Both the position numbers and the translations under genes were made by a program. A stretch of 64,000 nucleotides of DNA from Acidimicrobiia bacterium (GTDB lineage Bacteria; Actinomycetota; Acidimicrobiia; IMCC26256; JACDBD01): assembly GCA_051002235.1 (NCBI GenBank), contig JBPCMN010000042.1, positions 2,903-66,902 on the forward strand, read 5' to 3'. Shown here in pieces: positions 18,938 through 28,518 of the stretch; within the stretch, counting starts at the first letter, position 1, and every line of letters begins with the position of its first letter. The notes beneath the pieces are model-generated. The model saw only the letters and a program-made list of their open reading frames with translations, was not told the DNA's origin and did not search any database.

Positions 18938-19888
18938 GTGGCTGCCGTGCTCGTCCTGGCCGCTCTCGCATTCGTACTGTTCCTGCTGGCGGCGAGCGGT
19001 GTCCGGATCATCCGGCCCTACCAGCGAGGCCTCGTCGAGCGCCTTGGTCGCTACAAGGCGACGCTGGACCCGGGACTGCGGCTGATCCTCCCGTTCATCG
19101 ACCGGCTCGTGAAGGTGGACATGCGCGAGCAGGTCACTGACGTACCACCGCAGGAGGTGATCACCTCTGACAACGTGGTCGTGTCGGTCGACGCGGTCAT
19201 CTACTACGAGGCGACCGACCCGCAACGGCTCGTCTACAACGTGGCGAACTTCCAGCTGGCGGTGACCAAGCTCGCGCAGACGAACCTGCGCAACGTCGTC
19301 GGCGACATGCAGCTCGATGACGCCCTGACCTCGCGCGACGTCATCAACACGAAACTCCGCGAGATCCTCGACGACGCCACCGACAAGTGGGGCACCCGGG
19401 TGGTCCGGGTCGAGATCCAGCGCATCGACCCGCCACCCGACGTCGTGGACTCGATGCACCACCAGATGAAGGCCGAGCGCACCCGCCGTGCGGTCGTGAC
19501 CGAGGCGCAGGGCATGCGCGAGGCGGCGATCACGAAGGCCGAGGGTGACAAGCAGGCGGCCGTGCTGGAGGCGACGGGCCAGGCCGAGGCCGTCCAGCGC
19601 CTCGCCGACGCCGAGAAGTACCGCCAGATCGCGGTGGCGGAGGGCGAGGCCGACGCGACCCGCAACGTGTACCGCGCCATCCACGAGGGCGACCCCAGTC
19701 CCGACCTGGTCGCGATCAAGTACCTCGAGGCGCTGCGGGTGATCGCCAACGGGCAGGCGACGAAGATCTTCCTGCCCACCGAGCTCAGCGGCCTGTTCGG
19801 CGCCGCCGGCGGGCTCGCAGAGATGCTGCGCAGCGACGGGCAGTCAGCCGAGCCGCGGGCGCCCGAGGGTCAGCCCGCGTCGACCTGA
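18938..19888 (+). CDS. SPFH/band-7 (stomatin-like) protein
   Basis: N-terminal TM helix, then [16 protein letters not shown]...[17 protein letters not shown], a PHB domain with a coiled-coil tail. Confidence 0.85.
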   Translation: MAAVLVLAALAFVLFLLAASGVRIIRPYQRGLVERLGRYKATLDPGLRLILPFIDRLVKVDMREQVTDVPPQEVITSDNVVVSVDAVIYYEATDPQRLVYNVANFQLAVTKLAQTNLRNVVGDMQLDDALTSRDVINTKLREILDDATDKWGTRVVRVEIQRIDPPPDVVDSMHHQMKAERTRRAVVTEAQGMREAAITKAEGDKQAAVLEATGQAEAVQRLADAEKYRQIAVAEGEADATRNVYRAIHEGDPSPDLVAIKYLEALRVIANGQATKIFLPTELSGLFGAAGGLAEMLRSDGQSAEPRAPEGQPAST

Positions 19889-20889
19889 CCGCTCGACCAC
19901 AGGCGGCGCGCCGCGTCGACCACGTCGACGCCGGGCCCGCCCGCGGTCGGCGACTCGGATGCAGGCGGTGACGCGCCGACCAGCGCCGGCAACGTGGCCG
20001 CGACCGACGCTCGGACCGCTTCGAGGTCGTAGCCGCCCTCGAGGAACGCGATCAGTCGTCCCGCGGGGGCGAGCTCGGTCATACGCGTCGCCAGCGCGCC
20101 GTAGTCGCCGGCCGAGAGGCCGAGCCCGGTGAGGGGGTCGGCGCGGTGGGCGTCGAACCCGATCGAGACCAGCAGCCAGCCGGGCGCGAAACCTTCGATC
20201 ACGGGCGAGATGACGTCGTCGAGCGCGCGCAGGTAGACGTCGCCGGTAGCACCGGCGGGCAAGGGAAGGTTGCAGGTGGTGGCCGCGCCCGATCCCGCGC
20301 CGGTCTCGTCGAGGCGCCCGGTGCCGGGATAGAGGGGCCACTCGTGCAACGACACGTAGAGCACGCGCGGGTCGGCGTAGAACGTCTCCTGGGTCCCGTT
20401 GCCATGGTGGGCGTCATAGTCGACGACGCAGACGCGCTCGCCCGCGGTCGCCAGCGCCGCCGCGGTCACCGCCACGTTGTTGACGAGGCAGAAGCCCATG
20501 GGGGCGGTCGGGCGGGCGTGATGGCCGGGCGGGCGGACCGCGAGGAACGCGGCGTCGCCCTCGCCCCGCGAGAGTGCGTCCGCCGCTCCCAGCCCCGCGC
20601 CCGCCGCCCGGAGCGCCGCCGCCCACGAGCGGACCGAGACGGCAGTGTCGAGGTCGAGCGAGCCGCCGCCCGATTCGCACAGCGTTCGGATGCGCTCCAG
20701 GTGCTCGGGGGTGTGCACCCGCTCGAGCTCGGCGGCGGTGGCGTCGCGGGGCGGGAGCGCCCGCACATCGCCATCGAGCCCTGCGTCGGCGATACCGGCC
20801 TTCACTGCGTCCAGCCGGGCGGGGCGCTCGGGGTGGCCGCGACCGGGATCGTGCTCACCGAAGACCGCGTCCTGGGCGACGAGCAGCAC
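19870..20889 (-). CDS. histone deacetylase-family (class II-like) deacetylase
   Basis: [25 protein letters not shown] and GGYD motifs of the arginase/deacetylase fold. Confidence 0.85.
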   Translation of the reverse strand: MLLVAQDAVFGEHDPGRGHPERPARLDAVKAGIADAGLDGDVRALPPRDATAAELERVHTPEHLERIRTLCESGGGSLDLDTAVSVRSWAAALRAAGAGLGAADALSRGEGDAAFLAVRPPGHHARPTAPMGFCLVNNVAVTAAALATAGERVCVVDYDAHHGNGTQETFYADPRVLYVSLHEWPLYPGTGRLDETGAGSGAATTCNLPLPAGATGDVYLRALDDVISPVIEGFAPGWLLVSIGFDAHRADPLTGLGLSAGDYGALATRMTELAPAGRLIAFLEGGYDLEAVRASVAATLPALVGASPPASESPTAGGPGVDVVDAARRLWSSGQVDAG

Positions 20890-20933
20890 GCGTCGGAGCG
20901 TACCGGCCGTCTGCCGGTACGCTCGGCCGCGGA

Positions 20934-21644
20934 ATGGTGACCGAGACCCTGCGCTGGCGGGGCGGCTGGGCCCGGATCGCCCCCTGGCCGGGCGACGAGC
21001 GCGACGTCGCCCACCTCACGGTCGGAAGCGACGCCCCTCCTCCCGACGAGGTCGTCGACCGGTGCCTCGCGCGTCTGCGCCATGCCGGCTACGGGGGAGT
21101 CGTGACCAACGCCCTGACTGCGGCCGACTCGATGCCCTTCGTCGACGCCGGCTTCCGGGTGCGGGAGCGCCTCCACCTCCTCGACCACGACCTCGGCTGC
21201 GTTCCCGTGCCGGCCGGGGTCAGCGCGACCCGCCGGGCCCGGCGCTCCGACCGCCCCACGGTCTTGGCCGTCGACCGCCGGGCCTTCGACGCCTCGTGGC
21301 GTCTCGCCGGGCCCGACGCGCTCCAGGACGCGGTGCGCGCGACCCCCATCGCCCGGTTCCGCGTCGTCGACGACGGCGACGACGCCGGCGTGGTCGGGTA
21401 CGCGATCACCGGGCGGGCCGGTCCCCAGGGCTACCTCCAGCGGGTAGCGGTCGCGCCGGCGGGCCGCCGGCGGGGTTGGGGCCGGGCCCTGGTCGCGGAC
21501 GGGCTCCACTGGCTCCGGTTTCGGGGCGCGGCCCGCGTGCTCGTGAACACCCAGCTCGGCAACGAGCCCGCCCTCGCGCTGTACGAGTCGTGCGGCTTCC
21601 GGCGGCTCCCGATCGGGCTGAGCGTGCTCGCGCGGCCGTTGTGA
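20934..21644 (+). CDS. GNAT family N-acetyltransferase
   Basis: ORF 20574.. trimmed to ATG 20934. C-terminal GNAT core QRVAVAPAGRRRGWGRALV...ALALYESCGF. GTGA overlap with the next gene. Confidence 0.75.
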   Translation: MVTETLRWRGGWARIAPWPGDERDVAHLTVGSDAPPPDEVVDRCLARLRHAGYGGVVTNALTAADSMPFVDAGFRVRERLHLLDHDLGCVPVPAGVSATRRARRSDRPTVLAVDRRAFDASWRLAGPDALQDAVRATPIARFRVVDDGDDAGVVGYAITGRAGPQGYLQRVAVAPAGRRRGWGRALVADGLHWLRFRGAARVLVNTQLGNEPALALYESCGFRRLPIGLSVLARPL

Positions 21645-23689
21645 AGCGGACCGCGCCGCGCGCCGCCCGGGCGGCGCTGGCCGCGGCCGTGGTGGCCGGA
21701 CTCGCGGGATGGACCAGTCCCGTCGCCGCCGGGGGCGGGGACGACCCGCCCCCGACAACGGGAGCCGAGTCCGAGGCCGAGGCCGCGTTCGAGCTCGTCG
21801 GTCTCGACCGCTCGTGGCTGGCCCCCGGCGAGGTCGCCAACGCCGTCGTCCGGGTGGCCGGCAGCCAGGCCGTGGATGTCAACGTGGTGGCGCACCAGGT
21901 GATTGACTCGCGCACCGAGTTCGAGGAGACCCTGACCGGCGATGGTCTCGGTTCGGTGGCGGATCAGGTCTCGTTCCCACTTGCCGCGCTCCCCTCGTCG
22001 GAGGCGGGGACGGTCGTCCTCCCCCTCGGGATCCAGGATCCCGCCGCGCTGCGGGACCCGGCCCGGCTCCAGCTCAGCCGCACCGGCATCTACCCGATCG
22101 AGCTCGAGCTGCGCGACGCCGAAGGCAACGCGCTGGCGGAGTTCGTCCTGCCGCTCGTGGTCGTGGCGCCGGGGCCGGCCGGGACCCCGACGGTGGGCGA
22201 GAAGCTGCGGGTGGCGTGGGTCTGGCCGCTGGTGGCGGACCCCGCGATCCTGCCCGACGGCAAGCCCGACGCCGAGGTCGTCGCCGAGCTGGCGGCCGCG
22301 GGCCGCCTCGGCGTCCAAGCCGACGCCCTCGCCGGCGCCCCCGACATCCCGGTGACGCTCGCGCCCGGTCCGGAGACGCTCGAGGCGTGGACGGGCCTGG
22401 CGCGCCAGGACGAGTCGCTGGCTCCGAGCCTGGCCTCGGTGCAGGCCGCGCTCGGAACGAACCAGGTGCTCTCCGGGCCCTACGTCCCGATCAACATCCC
22501 CTCGCTCATCGCCGGCGGCTTCGGCGCCGAGGTCGGGGCCGAGCTGGCGCGCGGGAACGAGACGCTCGGCTCGCTCCTCGGCACCCGCCTCGACCCCCGC
22601 ACCGCCCTGCCCGGCCCGACCGACGCGGCTTCGTTCGTGGCGTTGCGCGACGGCAACGTCGACCGGCTGATCGTCGACGGCGACGCGCTGGTCCCGATGG
22701 ACTCGCGGCTCACGCCGGCCCAGCCGGTCGCGCTCGAGCTCCAGGGACGGGTCGCGACCGCGGTCGTCTCCGACCCCGGGCTGGGCGCCCCCCTCACCGC
22801 CGACCTCTCGCCCGCGCTCCGCTCCCAGCAGTTCCTGGCCGGGCTGGCGATGGTCGCGCTCGAGCAGCCCAACGTGGTCCGGGGCGTCGCGGTCGTGAAC
22901 CCCCGCGGCTGGGAAGCCCCCGCCCCGTTGCTCGACGCCGCGCTCGCGGGCCTGCGGGGGCACCCCCTCCTCGACCCCGTCGTCGTCGACCAGTTGCTCG
23001 ACCAGGTGCCGCCCGCCACCGGCGATGACGGCGCGCCGGTGGTGCGCGAGCTCGAGCCCTACGCTCCCCCCGCACCGCCGGTGACGCCGGCGACCTTCCT
23101 CGACGCCGCCGGCCGGCTCGGCGGGCTCCGGTCGCTGATCGGCCCGGGCGATCTGCGCATCGCCCGCGGGGACAAAGCGCTTCGGATCGCGCTGTCGTCG
23201 GCGTGGGTCGGCGGTGCCGGTCGGCTCCGGGCGCAGGCCGAGCTCGGGGTGATCGACCAGTCGATCGACGAGGTGCTCTCCCGGATCCGCGTCCCCGTCG
23301 GGAGCACGGTCACCCTCACGGCGCGGAAGGGCAAGATCCCGGTCACGTTCCTCAACGAGACGGACCGGACCATTCGGGTCAAGGTCACGCTCGAGAGCGA
23401 CAAGCTCTTCTTCCCCGACGGCGCCGAACGCGAGGTCGAGCTCCCGCCCCGCAACACGACGGTCGGGTTCACGGTCGAGTCGCGCGCATCGGGCACGTTC
23501 CCCCTCGTGCTCACGGTGACGTCGGTCGACGAGAAGTTGGTCATCCAGTCGACCCGGGTGCGGGTTCGGTCGACGTTCGTCAGCGGCGTGGGCGTGTTCC
23601 TCACGGTCGGCGCCGCGCTCTTCCTCGCAATGTGGTGGCTGCTCCATTTCCGCCGCCGGCGGCGTCACGCCCCCGAGGCGGCCACATGA
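21641..23689 (+). CDS. large exported protein with C-terminal TM anchor (Rv3909-like, precedes murJ)
   Basis: ORF 20645.. trimmed to GTG 21641. Signal peptide AARAALAAAVVAGLAGWTSPVAA, C-terminal TM GVFLTVGAALFLAMWWLL followed by RRRRRH. Synteny with mycobacterial Rv3909-mviN. Confidence 0.7.
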   Translation: MKRTAPRAARAALAAAVVAGLAGWTSPVAAGGGDDPPPTTGAESEAEAAFELVGLDRSWLAPGEVANAVVRVAGSQAVDVNVVAHQVIDSRTEFEETLTGDGLGSVADQVSFPLAALPSSEAGTVVLPLGIQDPAALRDPARLQLSRTGIYPIELELRDAEGNALAEFVLPLVVVAPGPAGTPTVGEKLRVAWVWPLVADPAILPDGKPDAEVVAELAAAGRLGVQADALAGAPDIPVTLAPGPETLEAWTGLARQDESLAPSLASVQAALGTNQVLSGPYVPINIPSLIAGGFGAEVGAELARGNETLGSLLGTRLDPRTALPGPTDAASFVALRDGNVDRLIVDGDALVPMDSRLTPAQPVALELQGRVATAVVSDPGLGAPLTADLSPALRSQQFLAGLAMVALEQPNVVRGVAVVNPRGWEAPAPLLDAALAGLRGHPLLDPVVVDQLLDQVPPATGDDGAPVVRELEPYAPPAPPVTPATFLDAAGRLGGLRSLIGPGDLRIARGDKALRIALSSAWVGGAGRLRAQAELGVIDQSIDEVLSRIRVPVGSTVTLTARKGKIPVTFLNETDRTIRVKVTLESDKLFFPDGAEREVELPPRNTTVGFTVESRASGTFPLVLTVTSVDEKLVIQSTRVRVRSTFVSGVGVFLTVGAALFLAMWWLLHFRRRRRHAPEAAT

Positions 23690-23702
23690 CCCCACCCGGC
23701 GC

Positions 23703-25394
23703 ATGACGGCGGCCGGCGCCGCCGGCCGAACCGCAGGCGGCCGGACCGAAGCCCGCGCATCCCGCCGACTCCTGCGATCGAGCGCGATCGTCGGCGTGGG
23801 CACCGCGCTGTCGCGCGTAACCGGCTTTCTCCGCGTCGCCGCGATCGCCTACTCCCTCGGCGGCGCCACCGTCGCCGGCGTGTACAGCTACGCCAGCCAG
23901 ACCCCGGCGATGCTCTACGAGCTGCTCCTCGGCGGCGTGCTCACCGCCACGCTCGTGCCGCTCTTCGTGCGCCAGGTCGAGCAGCGCGACGACCGGGCGA
24001 CCAGCGCGGTGTTCACGGTCTCGGCGGTAGCGCTCCTCGGGCTGACGGTCGTGGGCGTGCTGATCGCCCCGTGGATCGTCGACCTGTACACCCTGCGCGT
24101 CAGCGGCGCCGACCGCGAGGCGCAACAGCAGCTGGCCACCGACCTCCTCCGGCTGTTCATGCCGCTGATCTTCTTCTACGGGATGGTCGCGCTGGCGACC
24201 GCGCTCCTGAACGCCCGCCGCCGGTTCACGGCCGCGGCCCTCGCACCGATCCTCAACAACATCGTGGTGATCGCGATCTTCCTCGCGCTCCCCCGTATCG
24301 CCGACGAGCCGTTCACCCTCGACCGGGTGCGGCACGACACCGGGCTCGTCCTGCTGCTCGGGCTCGGAACGACCGCCGGGCTCGCCGCGGTCGCGCTCGT
24401 CCTGGTGCCGGCGCTCACCCGGGCCGGTGCCCGCATCCGGTTCGTCCTCGACCTCCGCCACGCGGCGGTGGCCACGATGATGCGGCTGTCCGGGTGGACG
24501 GTGGGCTACGTCATCGCCAACCAGATCGCCCTGTGGGTCGTCCTCGTGCTCGCCAACGACGTGAACGGCGGCCCGTTCCTCTACCTGAGTGCGTACGCCT
24601 TCTTTCAGCTGCCGCACGGGCTGCTGGCGGTGTCGCTGATGACGACGATCGCGCCCGAGATGGCGAGCGCGGCCGGGCGCGGCGACATCGCCGGGCTCCG
24701 GGAGCGCCTGTCGTTCGGGCTCCGCATGACGATCCTGGCGGTGCTGCCGGCGGCGGCGGCGTTCGTCGGGCTGGCCCGTCCGATCGTGGTCGCGCTGCTG
24801 GAGCGGGGTGCGTTCACCGCCGCCGACTCCGCCGTCACCGCCGACACGATCGCGTGCTTCTCGGTCGGGTTGGTGCCGTTCTCCGTCTACCTCTTCTCCC
24901 TGCGCGCCTTCTACTCCCTGCAGGACACGCGCACGCCGTTCCTGCTCAACTGCTTCGAGAACGCCGCCAACATCGCGCTGGCGATCCCGCTGTACCTGTG
25001 GCTCGGCATCCCCGGCCTCGCCTTGTCCTTCGCGGGGGCGTACGCCGTCGCCGCGGTCGTGACGCTGGCAGTGCTGCGCCGGCGGCTGGGCCGGTTCGAC
25101 GGGCGCCGGATCCTCGACACGACCGCTCGGGTGCTGGCCACGGGCCTGGTGGTCGCGGCCGCCACCGGGGCGGTCTCGCGGGCCCTGGGTTGGGAGACGA
25201 CCGGCCGGGCCGTGCTCACGACCGCCGTGGGCCTCCTCGCGGCGATCGCGGCATGTGCGGCGGGCTTCGTCGCGCTCCGGGTTCCCGAACTGGCCGACCT
25301 GCGGGCCCTGCTCCCGGGCCGGTTCTCCGGCCGGCGCGGCAGCGAAGGCCTGCCCTCGGAGGTTCGAAGCCAGGGGTTCGCGCGGGAGCAGTGA
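23703..25394 (+). CDS. murJ: lipid II flippase MurJ (MviN)
   Basis: 563 aa, about 14 TM. N-terminal SAIVGVGTALSRVTGFLRVAAIAYSLG is typical MurJ. No fused kinase-like domain. Confidence 0.9.
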   Translation: MTAAGAAGRTAGGRTEARASRRLLRSSAIVGVGTALSRVTGFLRVAAIAYSLGGATVAGVYSYASQTPAMLYELLLGGVLTATLVPLFVRQVEQRDDRATSAVFTVSAVALLGLTVVGVLIAPWIVDLYTLRVSGADREAQQQLATDLLRLFMPLIFFYGMVALATALLNARRRFTAAALAPILNNIVVIAIFLALPRIADEPFTLDRVRHDTGLVLLLGLGTTAGLAAVALVLVPALTRAGARIRFVLDLRHAAVATMMRLSGWTVGYVIANQIALWVVLVLANDVNGGPFLYLSAYAFFQLPHGLLAVSLMTTIAPEMASAAGRGDIAGLRERLSFGLRMTILAVLPAAAAFVGLARPIVVALLERGAFTAADSAVTADTIACFSVGLVPFSVYLFSLRAFYSLQDTRTPFLLNCFENAANIALAIPLYLWLGIPGLALSFAGAYAVAAVVTLAVLRRRLGRFDGRRILDTTARVLATGLVVAAATGAVSRALGWETTGRAVLTTAVGLLAAIAACAAGFVALRVPELADLRALLPGRFSGRRGSEGLPSEVRSQGFAREQ

Positions 25395-25464
25395 GCGTCC
25401 CGCAGGGCGGCCGCCGGCCAGCCCGGTCGAGGATGGCCCGGCGGGCGAGGCGAGGCGCCCAGGA
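25393..25464 (+). repeat. 72-nt conserved intergenic element, copy A (upstream of degV)
   Basis: 69/72 identical to 55620-55691, with the first 52 nt perfect. Starts inside the murJ stop codon and ends 58 nt before the degV GTG. Confidence 0.75.
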
Positions 25465-25522
25465 AAGGTGTAACGATTCCGGTCTGGTCCCGGTCCGATC
25501 CGGAGCCAGAGAGGGGGGCTTC

Positions 25523-26359
25523 GTGGGTGTTCGAGTCGTCACCGACAGCGCATGTGACCTGCCCGAGGACCTCGTCGCCAAGCTCGACATCGAGATCGTC
25601 CCGCTGACGATCCGGTTCGGCAGCGACGAGCTCGTCGACCGGCGCGAGCTCTCGACCGACGACTTCTGGCGCCGCCTGGGCGAATCGCCGGTGCTGCCGG
25701 AGACGTCGGCCCCGTCGGCGGGCGCGTTCGAGGAGACCTTCCGGGCACTCGCCGACGGTGGCGCCGACGGGATCGTGTGCATCAACCTCTCGTCAAAGCT
25801 CTCCGCGACGATGCAGGCGGCCCAGGTCGCGGCCAAGGCGGTGCACGACGACTGCCCGGTCGAGGTGATCGACTCGCTCCACGTCTCGATGGGTCTCGGC
25901 AACCTCTGCATCACCGCCGCCAGGAGCGCGGCCGAGGGCGCCTCGCTCGAGTCGATCGTGGCGACGGTGCTCGACCAGCGCGAGCGCACCAAGCTCTACG
26001 GCACGCTCGATACGCTCGAGTTCCTCAAGAAGGGTGGCCGGATCGGCAACGCCCGCGCCCTGCTCGGGTCGATGCTCGCGATCAAGCCGGTCGTCGAGTT
26101 CAAGGACGGCGTCGTCGAGGAGGCGGGTAAGGTCCGCACCCGTTCCAAGGCGCTGCGCCTGCTCGTCGACAAGGTGAAGGAGGGCCCGGTCGAGAACCTG
26201 GCCGTCCTCCACGGCAACGCCCCCGACCTCGGCGAGCTCCTCGGCATGCTGAATCCGCTGGTCTCCCGGGACGAGATCGTCGTCGGCCAGATCGGTCCGG
26301 TCATCGGCACGCACGCCGGGCCCCGCGTCATCGGCGTGACCTTCCAAACCGGCACCTGA
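25523..26359 (+). CDS. DegV family fatty-acid-binding protein
   Basis: ORF 24071.. trimmed to GTG 25523 (SD GAGAGGGGGG). VRVVTDSACDLP...ETSAPSAGAF...GPVIGTHAGP are DegV hallmarks. Confidence 0.85.
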   Translation: MGVRVVTDSACDLPEDLVAKLDIEIVPLTIRFGSDELVDRRELSTDDFWRRLGESPVLPETSAPSAGAFEETFRALADGGADGIVCINLSSKLSATMQAAQVAAKAVHDDCPVEVIDSLHVSMGLGNLCITAARSAAEGASLESIVATVLDQRERTKLYGTLDTLEFLKKGGRIGNARALLGSMLAIKPVVEFKDGVVEEAGKVRTRSKALRLLVDKVKEGPVENLAVLHGNAPDLGELLGMLNPLVSRDEIVVGQIGPVIGTHAGPRVIGVTFQTGT

Positions 26360-26396
26360 CGGAATTACGCCGAGCCCGGACGGGTAGCGTCGGGCG

Positions 26397-27911
26397 GTGC
26401 CCGAGACCGTCGCCCCCGGCCGAGTCCTCGGCGGTCGCTACCGCCTGGACCACGAGCTTGCGCGCGGCGGCATGGCGGCCGTGTGGGTGGCCGAAGACCC
26501 GCTCCTCTCACGCCGCGTCGCGGTGAAGATCCTGCACCCCGAGCTCGGGGTCAACGAGGCGCTGCGGGCGCGCTTCCGCCACGAGGCGGTCGCGGCGGCG
26601 AAGCTCAGCCACCCCGCGATCGTCGCCACCTACGACACCGGCGACGACGACGGCACCGCCTACATCGTCATGCAACTCGTCGAGGGTCCGACGCTGCGTC
26701 GCATGCTCGACGCCCGCGGCGCGCTCCCGGTCGGCGAGGCCGCCGACATCGCCAGCCAGGTCGCCGAGGCGCTGGACCACGCCCACCGCAACGGCCTGGT
26801 GCACCGCGACATCAAGCCCGCGAACGTGCTCATCCCGCCCGACGGCCAGGTGAAGGTGACCGACTTCGGGATCGCCAAGGCCAGCGGGGGGGAGGACCTG
26901 ACCAGCACGGGCGCGGTCATCGGTACCGCCCGCTACCTCGCCCCCGAGCAGGTCAACGGGGACGCGGTCGACGGCCGCGCCGACGTGTACGCGCTCGGCC
27001 TCATCCTGTACGAGATGCTCACGGGAACGCTGCCCTTCCGCGGCGACAGCGAGATCGCGACCGCGATGGCCCGCCTCACGACGGTGCCCGACCCGGTACG
27101 CGACCTCCGGCCCGAGGTGCCGCCCATGCTCGACGCGGTGGTGAGCCGGAGCCTCGCCCGTGACCCGGAGCAGCGCTTCCCCTCGGCGCGGGCCCTGCAC
27201 GACGCCCTCGACCCGGCGCGCGACTCGACGCCGCCCCCGCGCTCGGCTCCGGCGCTCGCCGGGCCCGCCGACCACACCGTCGGGATCGACCGGACCGACG
27301 CGGAGGCGCTGGGCCCCCCGCCGACCGACGCCCGGGTCGTGACCCGACGCCGGAGACCGCGTGCCGCGCTCGCATTGCTCGTGGTCGCGGCGGTCGTGGT
27401 CGCCGGCTACGTCGGGGTGCGTGCCCTCTCCGGCGGCGACGACAACGGCTCGGGCGGCGGTACCACCACCGAGGATGCCGCGAAGCTCACGGTCGTCAAC
27501 GTCGCCGACTTCGATCCCGACGGTGACGAGCAGGAGAACGGGGACACCGCCGTCCAGGCGACGGACGGCAACCCGGGAACGGTCTGGTCGACCGAGCGCT
27601 ACAACAACCGCGACTTCGACGAGCCGAAGCAGGGCGTGGGGCTCATCCTCGAGCTCGACGGCGACCGCGCCGTCGGCAAGGTCGAGGTGGCGGCGGACGA
27701 CGAGGACTGGAACGGCGAGATCTACGTGGCCGCCGCCTCCGGGGCCGCGCTCGCCGACTGGGGTACACCGGTCGCCCAGGGAGCGAACCTCGGCCGGCTC
27801 GCCTCGTTCGACGTCAGCGAGGGAGCGCGGGGCCGGTTCGTGCTGGCGTGGATCACCCGGCTCCCCGCCGACGGCAAGCTCGGTATAGCCGAGGTGACGA
27901 TTGGCGGCTGA
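26397..27911 (+). CDS. Ser/Thr protein kinase with TM helix and extracellular beta-sandwich (discoidin/CBM-like) domain
   Basis: VAVKIL, HRDIKPANVL, DFGIAK and LAPEQ give an intact Hanks kinase. TM ALALLVVAAVVVAGYVGV. C-terminal domain includes NPGTVWSTERY... Confidence 0.85.
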   Translation: MPETVAPGRVLGGRYRLDHELARGGMAAVWVAEDPLLSRRVAVKILHPELGVNEALRARFRHEAVAAAKLSHPAIVATYDTGDDDGTAYIVMQLVEGPTLRRMLDARGALPVGEAADIASQVAEALDHAHRNGLVHRDIKPANVLIPPDGQVKVTDFGIAKASGGEDLTSTGAVIGTARYLAPEQVNGDAVDGRADVYALGLILYEMLTGTLPFRGDSEIATAMARLTTVPDPVRDLRPEVPPMLDAVVSRSLARDPEQRFPSARALHDALDPARDSTPPPRSAPALAGPADHTVGIDRTDAEALGPPPTDARVVTRRRRPRAALALLVVAAVVVAGYVGVRALSGGDDNGSGGGTTTEDAAKLTVVNVADFDPDGDEQENGDTAVQATDGNPGTVWSTERYNNRDFDEPKQGVGLILELDGDRAVGKVEVAADDEDWNGEIYVAAASGAALADWGTPVAQGANLGRLASFDVSEGARGRFVLAWITRLPADGKLGIAEVTIGG

Positions 27912-28518
27912 GCGCCGCGCCGTTCCCCGCGTCGCGCCCACCGCCCCCGGCGACGCCCCCGACGACCTGCTCGCCACCGCCGCTGCCGCCGGTGATCGGC
28001 GCGCCCTCGAGCATCTCCTCGACCGGCACGCCGACCGCATCCACGCCGTCTGCCGGCGGGTTCTGGGCCCGTCGGAGGACGCCCTCGACGCGACCCAGGA
28101 GGCGATGATGGCGATTGCCCGAGGGATCGGTCGCTTCGACGGCCGCTCCGCGTTCACGACCTGGCTGTACCGGGTCGCGACCAACGCCGCCCTCGACGAG
28201 GGTCGCCGCCGCAGCCGTCGGCCCCAACCAGTCGAGACCCTGCCGGAGCCTCGCGACATGTCCGAGTCGCCGATCGACACGCAAGTCGGGGCCCGCATCG
28301 ACGTCGACGCCGCCCTGGCGCTCCTCCCCGAGGACTTCCGGGTCGCGGTCGTGCTGCGGGACCTGTGTGACCTCGACTACGCCGAGATCGCGCGGGTGCT
28401 CGACGTGCCCCCGGGCACGGTCCGGTCGCGCATCGCCCGCGGTCGGGCGGCGCTGGCCGAGCTCCTGGGGAACCACGGGCCCGCCGCCGACCGTCCAACT
28501 GGGGAAGCACTCACATGA
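27901..28518 (+). CDS. ECF (sigma-70 family) RNA polymerase sigma factor, SigM-like by synteny
   Basis: Region 2 FTTWLYRVATNAALD, region 4 DLDYAEIARVLDVPPGTVRSRIARGR. The only canonical start is TTG 27901, overlapping the kinase 3' end by 11 nt. Confidence 0.85.
   Translation: MAAERRAVPRVAPTAPGDAPDDLLATAAAAGDRRALEHLLDRHADRIHAVCRRVLGPSEDALDATQEAMMAIARGIGRFDGRSAFTTWLYRVATNAALDEGRRRSRRPQPVETLPEPRDMSESPIDTQVGARIDVDAALALLPEDFRVAVVLRDLCDLDYAEIARVLDVPPGTVRSRIARGRAALAELLGNHGPAADRPTGEALT

Noticed and set aside
20645-21640. Upstream third of the 1014-aa ORF 20645..23689
   Set aside because: It overlaps the HDAC and GNAT genes with Arg/Pro-rich nonsense. The signal peptide and GTGA coupling at 21641 mark the real start.
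25411-25444. Reading the GC-rich hairpin of the 72-nt element as merely the murJ intrinsic terminator
   Set aside because: Not fully excluded for copy A. However, the identical copy at 55620 has no co-oriented upstream gene, there is no U-tract, and the conservation extends well beyond the stem.
24071-25522. Upstream 484 codons of the 762-aa ORF ending at 26359
   Set aside because: It lies out of frame inside murJ. Only the last 278 aa (DegV) have family features and an SD.
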